A stretch of 64,000 nucleotides of DNA from an uncultured Alphaproteobacteria bacterium (GTDB taxonomy: Bacteria > Pseudomonadota > Alphaproteobacteria > RF32 > CAG-239), in contig CALXVY010000002.1 of assembly GCA_944392255.1 (NCBI GenBank), positions 11,106 through 75,105 on the forward strand. The letters are read 5' to 3'. Shown piece by piece: positions 11,229-19,963 of the stretch; the first letter of the stretch is position 1, and every line of letters starts with the position of its first letter. A model generated the notes under the pieces. It was given only the letters and a program-made list of their open reading frames with translations. It had not been told where the DNA came from and ran no database searches. The translations under genes and the position numbers were made by a program.

Positions 11229-11954
11229 TTATGCATTCTCAGCTGAAGTAGTTTCAGCTTTAGCTGCAACAGGTTCATCAACTTTCTTCAAACCGGCAGG
11301 CATCGGCAAGTTAGAAGCAGCAGCTTTCTTTACGGCATCGGTAACATATACCCAAGCGTTTTCACCACCCGGAACAGCACCTTTAACCATAATAAGACCT
11401 CTGTTGGCATCAATAGCGGCAACTTTCAAGTTTTGAACGGTAACACGTTCATCACCCATGTGACCAGCCATTTTCTTACCTTTGAATACCTTACCTGGAT
11501 CTTGTCTTTGTCCTGTAGAACCATGAGAACGGTGAGAAATTGATACACCGTGAGATGCTTCCAAACCGGCAAAGTTATGACGTTTCATAACACCGGCAAA
11601 ACCTTTACCTTTTGAAGTTGAGCAAACATCAACATATTGACCAACAACAAAGTGTTCTACAGATAATTCGCTGCCGACAGGGAGCAAGCAATCTTCAGAA
11701 ACTCTGAATTCAGCGAGCTTTTTCTTCGGCTCAACATTAGCTTTGGCAAAATGTCCTTTAAGAGGTTTGGATACGTTTTTAGCTTTTACAGCACCTGTTC
11801 CGAGTTGAACAGCTGTATATCCGTCTCTTTCTTGAGTTTTAACATCAACAACTTGCAAGTTGTCAACTGCCAAAACTGTAACTGGGGTATGAGTACCATC
11901 AGCACCAAAAATGCGAGACATTCCAAGCTTTTTTGCGATCAGACCCGTACGCAT
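11229..11954 (-). CDS. rplC: 50S ribosomal protein L3 (alphaproteobacterial long C-terminal tail)
   Basis: 241 aa; [20 protein letters not shown]... C-terminal extension typical of alphaproteobacteria. Confidence 0.95.
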   Translation of the reverse strand: MRTGLIAKKLGMSRIFGADGTHTPVTVLAVDNLQVVDVKTQERDGYTAVQLGTGAVKAKNVSKPLKGHFAKANVEPKKKLAEFRVSEDCLLPVGSELSVEHFVVGQYVDVCSTSKGKGFAGVMKRHNFAGLEASHGVSISHRSHGSTGQRQDPGKVFKGKKMAGHMGDERVTVQNLKVAAIDANRGLIMVKGAVPGGENAWVYVTDAVKKAAASNLPMPAGLKKVDEPVAAKAETTSAENA

Positions 11955-12019
11955 TATTATTTTTTCCTTTTCTAATTGGTTGACAGCCTATCTTAAGTAA
12001 ACCGCCAACATTAAATTAA

Positions 12020-12331
12020 TTACAATTTGATTTCTACATTAACACCAGCAGCCAAATCAAGCTTCATCAAAGCATCAACTGTTTGCGGTGTCGGATCTAC
12101 GATATCAAGAAGTCTTTTGTGAGTTCTGATCTCGAATTGTTCACGAGATTTTTTATCTACGTGCGGAGACATATTTACAGTAAACTTCTCAATTTGAGTA
12201 GGCAGAGGAATAGGTCCTCTTACATTTGCCCCGGTTCTTTTGGCAGTGTGCACGATTTCTTTGGTAGAAAGGTCGAGCAAACGATGGTCAAAAGCCTTGA
12301 GGCGAATTCTGATATTTTGTGTTTCCATCAT
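12020..12331 (-). CDS. rpsJ: 30S ribosomal protein S10
   Basis: 103 aa; ...[14 protein letters not shown]... Confidence 0.95.
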   Translation of the reverse strand: MMETQNIRIRLKAFDHRLLDLSTKEIVHTAKRTGANVRGPIPLPTQIEKFTVNMSPHVDKKSREQFEIRTHKRLLDIVDPTPQTVDALMKLDLAAGVNVEIKL

Positions 12332-12711
12332 TTTAAATTTTATTCCTATAACTAGACAGTAAAATTTTATTCATAAAAATTTAGATGAGTAAAATCTTAC
12401 CATCTAAAATGTTAAACTCAACAAATCATTGAAAATCAATAACTTGTGTTATGGTTTATATCGCAATCTTGGGAGTGATTCGCTCACCTATCCTTGATTG
12501 CAGTGGCTTTGTAACATAATTGAGTCTAATTTGCAAGCAAAAAATTGCATAATTTTGCATTTTTTTAAAGGCTTAAAAGCTTATCCAGACTCTTTTTGAG
12601 TCCGGTTGACAAAATTTTTAAATTCGAGTCTATTTTTTGTAGAAAAATCAAAAATTTATGGAATCGATTCAATGGGTTAACCAATTTTTAAGAATCTCAT
12701 TGGCACAAAAA
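12332..12711 (-). promoter_or_regulatory. S10-operon upstream/leader region with repeated GAGTC-containing motifs
   Basis: 380-bp non-coding stretch upstream of rpsJ containing TTGAGTCTAATTT (12521), GACTC (12587), GAGTCC (12598), TTCGAGTCTATTTTT (12623). Confidence 0.35.
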
Positions 12712-12743
12712 AAGCATCTCACTTAGCTAAAAGTGAAATGCTT
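12712..12743. terminator. repeated terminator-like hairpin, copy 1 (AAGCATCTCAC-loop-GTGAAATGCTT)
   Basis: 11-bp stem (one mismatch) with loop TTAGCTAAAA, A-run upstream and T-run downstream; immediately 3' of ACP-like gene 1. Confidence 0.55.
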
Positions 12744-12753
12744 TTTTATAATC

Positions 12754-13134
12754 TCATTTCTTGAACCAATAACGCTCAAAAATGTCATAAAAGTCCGCAA
12801 CGGTTTTAATATTCTCGTAATCTTCATCTGAAACAGTTTTACCATATTTTTTTTCACAAGACATAATAAAATCTGTCATTAGCAAAGAATCCGCTCCTAA
12901 ATCATCTGTAAAAGAAGTTTCTTTTGGAATAACAGGTTTCTGGTAATCGAATTTCTTAACCACTAAGACCCCACCTGTTGGATAATAGCCTGATTCTACT
13001 CTAATTTTACAATACTTTTCAACACGTTCTCTGTCATAGCGACTGAAATAATCATAAATGAGTTCTTTAGCCTCTTTAATCATTTTAGGATTATAAGCTC
13101 TTTCCGGCTGCGACTTTTTCTCTAAATTTTCCAT
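12754..13134 (-). CDS. acyl-carrier-protein-like domain protein with N-terminal extension (about 127 aa from MENLEKK)
   Basis: C-terminal ...FTDDLGADSLLMTDFIMSCEKKYG... matches the ACP phosphopantetheine site (DLGADSL); about 60 aa of unknown N-terminal sequence; the longer ORF upstream is probably not translated. Confidence 0.5.
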   Translation of the reverse strand: MENLEKKSQPERAYNPKMIKEAKELIYDYFSRYDRERVEKYCKIRVESGYYPTGGVLVVKKFDYQKPVIPKETSFTDDLGADSLLMTDFIMSCEKKYGKTVSDEDYENIKTVADFYDIFERYWFKK

Positions 13135-13215
13135 AAAATAATATTTTTTAGAATTAATAATCAATTGAATTACCGCCAATTTAACCACAAATCATTCAAG
13201 AGTCAAACAAAAAAA

Positions 13216-13247
13216 AAGCATCTCACTTAGCTAAAAGTGAAATGCTT
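13216..13247. terminator. repeated terminator-like hairpin, copy 2
   Basis: identical 32-nt element AAGCATCTCACTTAGCTAAAAGTGAAATGCTT, preceded by AGAGTCAAACAAAAAAAA. Confidence 0.55.
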
Positions 13248-13256
13248 TTGTTATGA

Positions 13257-13694
13257 TTACAATCCCAATTTTTGCAAAACCAGAATCTGAACATCTTCGA
13301 CGGTTTCAACTTCTTCAAATTCTTCGTCATCAATCTGGATACCAAATTCTTTCTCCAAATGAATCATCAATTCAACTTTTTCTAGACTTTCATAGCCCAA
13401 ATCATCTTGCAAATTTTCTTCAAGTTTTAAATTCCAAGCATCTATCCCTACAAGATCACCGATATGTTTGTTTATTTTATCGACAACATCTTGGTGTAAC
13501 AAAGTCTTTTGAGGAGTTTTTTCCGCTTCAAGGCTTGAATTTGTTTTAAACAAAATTTCTGCCTCATCACATAAATTATCAGAAAATTGAGTTTTCAAAC
13601 TTTCAGGAAAATTAACTTCCAACTCTTGCTCCAACGCAGAAAACATATCTGCAACTTTTTGTTGGATTTTACGTTCTAATTGAGACTTTTTCAT
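13257..13694 (-). CDS. acyl-carrier-protein-like protein with N-terminal extension (about 145 aa from MKKSQLERK)
   Basis: C-terminal 75 aa align along their length to ACP (...IGDLVGIDAWNLKLEENLQDDLGYESLEKVELMIHLEKEFGIQIDDEE...); Ser retained at the attachment position. Confidence 0.55.
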   Translation of the reverse strand: MKKSQLERKIQQKVADMFSALEQELEVNFPESLKTQFSDNLCDEAEILFKTNSSLEAEKTPQKTLLHQDVVDKINKHIGDLVGIDAWNLKLEENLQDDLGYESLEKVELMIHLEKEFGIQIDDEEFEEVETVEDVQILVLQKLGL

Positions 13695-13770
13695 AAAATA
13701 ATGTTTTAAATTAATAATCATTTGAATTATTGGTACTTTAAGCTGGCGCTGATAAAGAGTCAACAACAAA

Positions 13771-13802
13771 AAGCATCTCACTTAGCCAAAAGTGAAATGC
13801 TT
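13771..13802. terminator. repeated terminator-like hairpin, copy 3 (one substitution in loop)
   Basis: AAGCATCTCACTTAGCCAAAAGTGAAATGCTT preceded by AAGAGTCAACAACAAAA. Confidence 0.5.
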
Positions 13803-13810
13803 TTTCATCA

Positions 13811-14116
13811 TCAATCAGCAGAACTCTTACGCTCATGAAGCGCAGTCAAAATTTTTCCAACTCTGGTATCAAGATATTCTGCTGTCCACCCGCATGATAC
13901 TCTTTCATAAACACAAACAGCATTCTCTTCAAAAAAATCAATTGCCTCATCAATCTTATTGGGAGGCATTGAAGCTGCAATTTTCTGAAGAGGTTTATTT
14001 CCATGTTGTTTCAGCCAACGAGAGACAATGACGTCTTTTCCCAAAAGCAAGGCAATTTTTTGAAAAAAATTTCTATCTTGCAAATGCATCACAAAAATGA
14101 ATTTTCCAATTTCCAT
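13811..14116 (-). CDS. hypothetical protein (101 aa), paralog A
   Basis: paralogous to the adjacent ORF (…NFFQKIALLLGKDVIVSRWLKQHGNKPLQKI vs …NWFEKIALFFGRDLIVSHWLKQYQGKTIEEI); no recognised domain. Confidence 0.5.
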   Translation of the reverse strand: MEIGKFIFVMHLQDRNFFQKIALLLGKDVIVSRWLKQHGNKPLQKIAASMPPNKIDEAIDFFEENAVCVYERVSCGWTAEYLDTRVGKILTALHERKSSAD

Positions 14117-14128
14117 AAATGCAAAATT

Positions 14129-14434
14129 TTATATTGTTTTAATGTCTTTTTCTAACTGCTTTCGACGTTGACGAATACAAACAAAACAAGTTCTGACTCT
14201 CACATCAATAAAAGCATTATCATTAACATAAGAAGCAACATAAGCTGCATTTCGGCCTAAAAACCCCACAGCTTGATTAAGTTGATTTTCATTCATGTTT
14301 GCAAAAATTTCTTCAATTGTTTTACCTTGATATTGTTTCAACCAATGAGAAACAATTAAATCTCTACCAAAAAACAATGCAATTTTTTCAAACCAATTTC
14401 TGTTTTCAATGTTTTGAATAGCAAATTTTTTCAT
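14129..14434 (-). CDS. hypothetical protein (101 aa), paralog B
   Basis: same length and about 40 percent identical to paralog A; 12-bp gap to paralog A suggests co-transcription. Confidence 0.5.
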   Translation of the reverse strand: MKKFAIQNIENRNWFEKIALFFGRDLIVSHWLKQYQGKTIEEIFANMNENQLNQAVGFLGRNAAYVASYVNDNAFIDVRVRTCFVCIRQRRKQLEKDIKTI

Positions 14435-14509
14435 AGCAAAATAATTAAGAATAAATAACTAATTTTCATAAAAAAAATAAAAAAGATTTCTTAAAGAGTC
14501 AAACAAAAA

Positions 14510-14535
14510 AAGCCGCCTCGATAATAAAGCGGCTT
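14510..14535 (-). terminator. terminator hairpin after nadE
   Basis: AAGCCGCCTCGATAATAAAGCGGCTT preceded by AAAGAGTCAAACAAAAAAA. Confidence 0.45.
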
Positions 14536-14553
14536 AAAATTGAGAGAACAAAA

Positions 14554-15333
14554 TCAGATTTTCAAAATCTCGGGCATTTGTTTGCGCTTAAACGCCATTT
14601 TATGATATTGCTTAATCACCCAAGCAACGATTTTGGCATCATGTCCCAGCGCCACAATCTCATCTTCTGTTTTCTGTTCATCGAGATACTGATGCAAAAT
14701 AGCATCCAAAACAGAATACGGCGGCAAAGAATCCTCATCTTTCTGCCCGTCACTGAGTTCAGCTGAAGGTGCGCGATTAATCACTTCTTCGGGGATAACA
14801 TAACCTTGCTGATTGCGCCAGCGCGCCAAATCAAAAATCAAAGTTTTATATAAATCACCAATCGGCAACAATCCGCCGCAGACATCACCATAAAGCGTGC
14901 AATATCCCATCGCCGCTTCCGACTTATTACCGCAAGCCAAAACCAAAGCGCCGTTCTGGTTGGAATAGGCCATCAAAATTTTACCGCGCTCTCGCGCTTG
15001 CAAGTTTTCCATAACCAAATTTTTCGGCTCTTGACCAAAGGCTTGAGTGAGAAATTGCTTTTGCGCAACAATAACCGGTTCAATATCCAAAATCTGATAA
15101 GCAAAGCCGTTCAAATCGGCAAGTTTTTGCGCAATCTGCAAGCTTAAATCCGAAGTATGTTTAGTTTTCATCATCAGACAAGATACATTTTCTTTGCCCA
15201 AAGCATCACAAGCCAGCACTGAAACCAAAGCAGAATCCATACCACCCGACAACCCCAAAATCACTTTTTTAAAACCATAACGCTGACAATAGTCTTGCAA
15301 ACCCTTTTTCAATTTGTTCCAAATCTTTTCCAT
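14554..15333 (-). CDS. nadE: NH3-dependent NAD+ synthetase
   Basis: 259 aa; PP-loop ...VILGLSGGMDSALV...; no glutaminase domain. Confidence 0.85.
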   Translation of the reverse strand: MEKIWNKLKKGLQDYCQRYGFKKVILGLSGGMDSALVSVLACDALGKENVSCLMMKTKHTSDLSLQIAQKLADLNGFAYQILDIEPVIVAQKQFLTQAFGQEPKNLVMENLQARERGKILMAYSNQNGALVLACGNKSEAAMGYCTLYGDVCGGLLPIGDLYKTLIFDLARWRNQQGYVIPEEVINRAPSAELSDGQKDEDSLPPYSVLDAILHQYLDEQKTEDEIVALGHDAKIVAWVIKQYHKMAFKRKQMPEILKI

Positions 15334-15337
15334 AGTC

Positions 15338-16816
15338 TTATCTCCCGAATTGATTTTGATAATGTTGAATCAAAGCTTGTTGTTTTTGATAAAGCGGCGC
15401 GTTCATACCCACACCGTAACGATGCGGATTGTGCAGACGTTTATATTCTTCCGGCAAAGCTTGCAAATTACGCATTGTGGCTTGCTGAATTTCGCTAAGC
15501 GGACGATTTTTGTGCTTTTCATCTACCTTACCGTTTTGTACCACATCTTGCAACAACAATTGCGCCTGCGTTCCAGCTTCAAAGTGCCTCGGCGCTAGGG
15601 TTTTATCTTGCAAATGATAAGATAGCAAAGGTTTAACTAAAACCCCATTTTGCAAATAATCCTCATCTTGAGAAACAACCACGTCACCATTATATTTCCC
15701 GTCTTGAAGCAAGCGGATGATATTAGTCTTTCCCGGGATGGAGGTTTTATCTCCCGCTACTTTGATTTTATCTGTACCTTCATAATTTTTGGTTTTATAA
15801 ACACAACCCAGCGCCGGCATATCATCGGCACGCACTAACTTGGTACCAAGCGCAAAACTGTCAATCGGTGCTTTTTGTACTTTGATTAAGTCTTCGATAA
15901 TGTATTCATCCAAATCATTTGAAATAATGATTTTGGTTTGCTTCATTCCGGCATCATCCAAAAGTTTGCGTGCTTGCTTACTCCAATAAGCCAAATCACC
16001 GGAATCAAGACGAATACCCTTGAGCGGAATTTTGGTTTCTTTGCTTGCTTTAATCGCGTTCAAAATACCTTGTCTGGTTTCATAAGTATCGGGAAGCAAA
16101 ATGCCGTCATAAGGATAGGTTTGCAAATAGGCTTTGAAAGCATCAACCTCATTTTCAAAAGACATAATCCAAGAATGCGCCATTGTCCCGACCGGCGGAA
16201 TATGATAAGTCTGTGCAGCTGCCACATTAGATGTTGCCACACATCCACCGACAAATGCCGCACGTGTTGGTGAAAAACCGCCCTGCTCCATCGCCCGACG
16301 TAAACCAAACTCCATCACCGGTCTTTTGATGCCGTCAGATTGCGCTGCATAAACCGCGCGTGCTGCTTTGGTAGCTACTGTATTTTGCGAGTTGAGAATA
16401 TTTAACAACGCCGCTTCCACCAATTCCACCTGCCAGTTTGGTCCACTGATACTATAAAGCGGCTCTCCAGCAAAAACGAGTTCTCCTTCCGGCACGGCTT
16501 TCACATCAACTTGCAATTTTTGACTCCTAAGTGCGGTTAAAAAATCTTTAGAAAAAAGCGGTTCGCCATTGCTGTTTTTTTGTGCTGCTAAATAGGAGAT
16601 ATCTTTATCGGTCACTTGCCAATTTTCCACCCACTCGAGAAATTCACCCAATCCGGCAGAAACGATATAACCGCAATCTTTGGGCATTTTTCTAAAAAAA
16701 GCCTCTGAGGTTTTATGCTCATTTTGCTTGCCGGCAGCAAACCATCCGCCGCTCATGGTCAAATGATAAAAATCGCACCACAACAAACTGCCTTCATTAA
16801 TCAAATTTTGTCTCAT
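15338..16816 (-). CDS. pncB: nicotinate phosphoribosyltransferase (long-form, eukaryote-type)
   Basis: 492 aa; blocks LLWCDFYHLTMSGGW, VKAVPEGELVFAGEPL, MEFGLRRA, GTMAHSWIMSF, IRLDSGDLAYW, LGCVYK align to the long-form NAPRT family, not to NAMPT. Confidence 0.8.
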   Translation of the reverse strand: MRQNLINEGSLLWCDFYHLTMSGGWFAAGKQNEHKTSEAFFRKMPKDCGYIVSAGLGEFLEWVENWQVTDKDISYLAAQKNSNGEPLFSKDFLTALRSQKLQVDVKAVPEGELVFAGEPLYSISGPNWQVELVEAALLNILNSQNTVATKAARAVYAAQSDGIKRPVMEFGLRRAMEQGGFSPTRAAFVGGCVATSNVAAAQTYHIPPVGTMAHSWIMSFENEVDAFKAYLQTYPYDGILLPDTYETRQGILNAIKASKETKIPLKGIRLDSGDLAYWSKQARKLLDDAGMKQTKIIISNDLDEYIIEDLIKVQKAPIDSFALGTKLVRADDMPALGCVYKTKNYEGTDKIKVAGDKTSIPGKTNIIRLLQDGKYNGDVVVSQDEDYLQNGVLVKPLLSYHLQDKTLAPRHFEAGTQAQLLLQDVVQNGKVDEKHKNRPLSEIQQATMRNLQALPEEYKRLHNPHRYGVGMNAPLYQKQQALIQHYQNQFGR

Positions 16817-16817
16817 C

Positions 16818-17441
16818 TTAAATCTCCTTTACCCCTTTAACCAAATTGAACTGACATTTTTTCTCATTCAATGCCATGCGAAAAAACTGCTTTGAAGTCA
16901 TCATCTTGAGATACCCCTTTTCAACTGCTTTTTGATAAGCCGGCTGTTGGATGATTTCGGGCATTTGTTGGTTTGCTCCCATGCACAAATCTTCCAGAAC
17001 CGTGACCTTAGCACCACGGCTCAAAAATCCGTTCATTGCTTGCTTCACACAAATATCGGAAAGCACGCCGCAAAGATAAACTTCTTTGCCTTTCCAATCT
17101 TGTTGCAATAAGGCATAAGTCTTTTCTTCGTTCCACAAATTGGTGGTCGATTTATAGAGATTTATAACAGGGATATTGTCCTTAAATTCGGCAGCCTTTT
17201 GCCAACCCCAAGTGCCGTAAATGGTATGAGGCGGAAAAGATTGTGCTTCTTTGGTTTCGGGATAAGTTTCAGCAAAATGTGTGTCCGCTGCATCAATAAT
17301 TTGCGAGAACATTCCTTTTTGCAAAGACTGGTTAAATTGTTGATGTCTTGCAATCAACTCGGGATTATTAATGGTGAGGTTACCGTTTTCGGCAACAAAA
17401 TCGTTCTGAAAATCTATGCGAACTAAAGTGCGTTCGTTCAT
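16818..17441 (-). CDS. pncA: nicotinamidase / isochorismatase-family cysteine hydrolase
   Basis: 207 aa; N-term LVRIDFQNDF and catalytic-Cys region LCGVLSDICV typical of PncA-like hydrolases; sits between the NMNAT and NAPRT genes. Confidence 0.65.
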   Translation of the reverse strand: MNERTLVRIDFQNDFVAENGNLTINNPELIARHQQFNQSLQKGMFSQIIDAADTHFAETYPETKEAQSFPPHTIYGTWGWQKAAEFKDNIPVINLYKSTTNLWNEEKTYALLQQDWKGKEVYLCGVLSDICVKQAMNGFLSRGAKVTVLEDLCMGANQQMPEIIQQPAYQKAVEKGYLKMMTSKQFFRMALNEKKCQFNLVKGVKEI

Positions 17442-17475
17442 TGTTTATACTCCTTAGGCTTATCAGGTTAATCAA

Positions 17476-17514
17476 GCGACCTCTCTCCCATAAGCCCTGC
17501 GGAAGACCAAGGTC
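17476..17514 (-). promoter_or_regulatory. GC-rich conserved motif, copy 1 (CCATAAGCCCTGCGGAAGACC core) in the nadM-pncA spacer
   Basis: second copy at 18198-18228 shares the core YCCATAAGCCCTKCGGAMGACC; stands out in an AT-rich region. Confidence 0.3.
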
Positions 17515-17527
17515 GATAAATAAAAAT

Positions 17528-18070
17528 TTAGATAATTGCTTTTCTTTTGTAAAAATGATCTTCAATCAACTGGTAATTTTCCGGATGAATAAAGTTTTTC
17601 CAGCGTTTATCGCCAAACTTAATCATATCGCGCACCATGGTACCGGTAACAAAGGGAAAATCCTCAGACGTGCGGTCAACATATTCAATATTTTGAAAAG
17701 CCTCTTTGAACCAATGCGCATCATAAGAACTACCGGCATAATAAACATCGGGACGTCCAAGTTGCGGCAAACTTTCGTTCATAAAGTCTAAAACATATTC
17801 TGCCCATTCAGCCGGATTGTTAATATCAAACAAACCAATGATTTTTAAGCGCGGATAATCAGGAGAATTACGATAGACATTTTGAATCATCTTTTTGCGC
17901 GTGGTGTAGTTGAGAGGGTTGCGCTCTGTTCCTTGTTCTTGAATAGAACCCAAGATGATGGTTACTTGTGCACATTCTTTAAGCATACGGTCAATCAAAC
18001 GGGCATGCCCAATGTGGAAAGGCTGCGCGCGCATAATACTTAAACCATGTTGATATTTATATTCAGACAT
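17528..18070 (-). CDS. nadM: nicotinamide/nicotinate mononucleotide adenylyltransferase, archaeal/NadM type
   Basis: 180 aa; nucleotidyltransferase motif IMRAQPFHIGHARLI (HxGH) and overall resemblance to archaeal NMNAT. Confidence 0.7.
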   Translation of the reverse strand: MSEYKYQHGLSIMRAQPFHIGHARLIDRMLKECAQVTIILGSIQEQGTERNPLNYTTRKKMIQNVYRNSPDYPRLKIIGLFDINNPAEWAEYVLDFMNESLPQLGRPDVYYAGSSYDAHWFKEAFQNIEYVDRTSEDFPFVTGTMVRDMIKFGDKRWKNFIHPENYQLIEDHFYKRKAII

Positions 18071-18197
18071 AAAAAAAACTCCTTATTTAAGGAGCCGACA
18101 TCAGAAAGATTTATATTTCATTTTAGAAACTGATAAATTTAGATAGCTTGTGCAAATAAATTTATCCATCTTTGAACTCGGCTCTGTTCTAACTCTG

Positions 18198-18228
18198 TCC
18201 CTCGTCCATAAGCCCTTCGGACGACCGG
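18198..18228 (-). promoter_or_regulatory. GC-rich conserved motif, copy 2, upstream of nadM
   Basis: TCCCTCGTCCATAAGCCCTTCGGACGACCGG; forms stem CGTCC/GGACG with loop ATAAGCCCTTC. Confidence 0.3.
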
Positions 18229-18359
18229 AACAATTTTTATAATAAAGATAAAAAATAAAATTGCAACAAAAAAGTCTTTTCAAAATACGCACTCGAAACT
18301 CTCCGCAAGGCACTTATAGAAACTCGATAATTGAGATGAGTAGAAGCAAAAATAGAAAA

Positions 18360-18401
18360 GCCGAAAATCCTAGTGTACATAAGCGTACATGAATTTTCGG
18401 C
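18360..18401. repeat. nested palindromic repeat, copy A
   Basis: GCCGAAAATCC-TAGTGTACATAAGCGTACATGA-ATTTTCGGC: conserved core TAGTGTACA..GTACATGAATT inside complementary outer arms. Confidence 0.6.
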
Positions 18402-18497
18402 TCTTTCTAATTTTTGCGATTAATCGCTAGAACAAAAGCGCCACAAGGCACTTTTCTAAAAGTTCAAGATTTGGAGATTATAACGCAAAAAACAAAG

Positions 18498-18540
18498 CGG
18501 TCGAAATTCTAGTGTACAAGAAGTACATGAATTTCGACCG
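18498..18540. repeat. nested palindromic repeat, copy B
   Basis: CGGTCGAAATTCTAGTGTACAAGAAGTACATGAATTTCGACCG, perfect outer 11-bp stem. Confidence 0.6.
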
Positions 18541-18585
18541 TTCTGTAGTTTTTTGCGCTAGAAGCCCAAATACTGAGCTTTTAGA

Positions 18586-19776
18586 CTATTTCAAGATTTT
18601 AGAAACCACACCAGCACCTACAGTGTGACCACCTTCACGAATAGCAAAACGAAGACCTTCGTTCATTGCAATCGGGTGAATCAATTTTGCTGTCATGCGA
18701 ATGTTATCGCCAGGCATTACCATTTCTGTACCTTCAGGCAATTCAATTGCACCGGTTACATCGGTGGTACGGAAATAGAATTGAGGACGATAGTTTGAGA
18801 AGAACGGAGTATGACGACCGCCTTCTTCTTTGGTCAAAATGTAGCATTCGCATGTGAAGTCTGTGTGCGGAGTAATGGTGCCAGGAGCTGCCAATACTTG
18901 TCCACGTTCAACTTCTTCTCTCTTGGTACCGCGGAGCAATACACCGATGTTATCGCCGGCTTCACCTTCATCCAACAATTTACGGAACATTTCAATACCG
19001 GTACATGTGGTTTTTTGTGTCGGTTTAATACCTACGATTTCGATATCATCACCTACGTGCAATACACCTCTTTCTACACGACCGGTTACAACTGTACCAC
19101 GACCAGAGATTGAGAATACGTCTTCAATCGGCATCAAGAACGGTTGATCTTTCGGACGTTCCGGTTGCGGAATGTAGCTGTCTACAGCTTTCATCAATTC
19201 TACGATTGAATCGTGACCAATTTTCGGATCGCCGTTTTCCAATACTGCCAATGCAGAACCTTTGATGATTGGGATTTCATCGCCTGGGAAGTCATATGAG
19301 CTCAACAAATCTCTGATTTCCATTTCAACCAAATCCAACAATTCTGGATCGTCTACTTGGTCTACTTTGTTCATGTATACTACCAATGCCGGCACACCTA
19401 CTTGACGAGCGAGCAAGATGTGTTCACGTGTTTGCGGCATCGGACCATCTGCTGCTGATACAACCAAGATTGCACCATCCATTTGAGCTGCACCGGTAAT
19501 CATGTTTTTAACATAGTCAGCGTGGCCCGGGCAGTCTACGTGTGCATAGTGACGATTCGGGGTTTCATATTCTACGTGTGAGGTGGAAATGGTAATACCG
19601 CGTGCTTTTTCTTCAGGAGCTTTATCAATTTGATCATATGCTGTGAAGCTTGCACCACCCTCTTCTGCCAATACTTTGGTAATTGCAGCTGTCAAGGTTG
19701 TTTTACCGTGGTCTACGTGACCAATCGTTCCAATGTTGCAGTGAGGCTTATTGCGCTCAAATTTCTCTTTTGCCAT
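18586..19776 (-). CDS. tuf: elongation factor Tu (complete copy)
   Basis: 396 aa; [15 protein letters not shown]..., DCPGHADY..., NKVD...; stop CTA at 18586-18588. Confidence 0.97.
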   Translation of the reverse strand: MAKEKFERNKPHCNIGTIGHVDHGKTTLTAAITKVLAEEGGASFTAYDQIDKAPEEKARGITISTSHVEYETPNRHYAHVDCPGHADYVKNMITGAAQMDGAILVVSAADGPMPQTREHILLARQVGVPALVVYMNKVDQVDDPELLDLVEMEIRDLLSSYDFPGDEIPIIKGSALAVLENGDPKIGHDSIVELMKAVDSYIPQPERPKDQPFLMPIEDVFSISGRGTVVTGRVERGVLHVGDDIEIVGIKPTQKTTCTGIEMFRKLLDEGEAGDNIGVLLRGTKREEVERGQVLAAPGTITPHTDFTCECYILTKEEGGRHTPFFSNYRPQFYFRTTDVTGAIELPEGTEMVMPGDNIRMTAKLIHPIAMNEGLRFAIREGGHTVGAGVVSKILK

Positions 19777-19877
19777 TTAGATTTCTCCAAATAAAAAAAT
19801 TAAAATAAAAAAAATAAAATTAATCAAAATTTTGTTTTTGGCGCGGAAGATAGAGTGATTATCAAAGTGAGAAAAAT

Positions 19878-19903
19878 TTAGTGTACAATTTCTCAAAACT
19901 AAC
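19878..19903. repeat. nested palindromic repeat, degenerate half-copy C
   Basis: GAGAAAAATTTAGTGTACAATTTCTC in the fusA-tuf spacer; part of an about 85-bp tandemly duplicated unit (19841-19925 vs 19927-20012). Confidence 0.45.
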
Positions 19904-19963
19904 TCCATATTTCCAACAAACCAAAATTTGTTTTTAGAGGAGCAGGTAGAGTGATTTTGGAAG

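Noticed and set aside
12706-13808. Possible CRISPR array or integron attC sites, suggested by repeated identical hairpins
   Set aside because: Only three copies. They are separated by whole genes of very different length (about 500 bp each) rather than short uniform spacers, they are palindromic with terminator-like A/T flanks, and no cas or intI gene is nearby. The palindromic repeats near tuf are likewise irregularly spaced.
18101-18313. 70-aa minus-strand ORF in the tuf-nadM spacer
   Set aside because: Cys/Phe-rich, overlaps the repeat and GC-rich motif region, no RBS or conservation signal. More likely non-coding.
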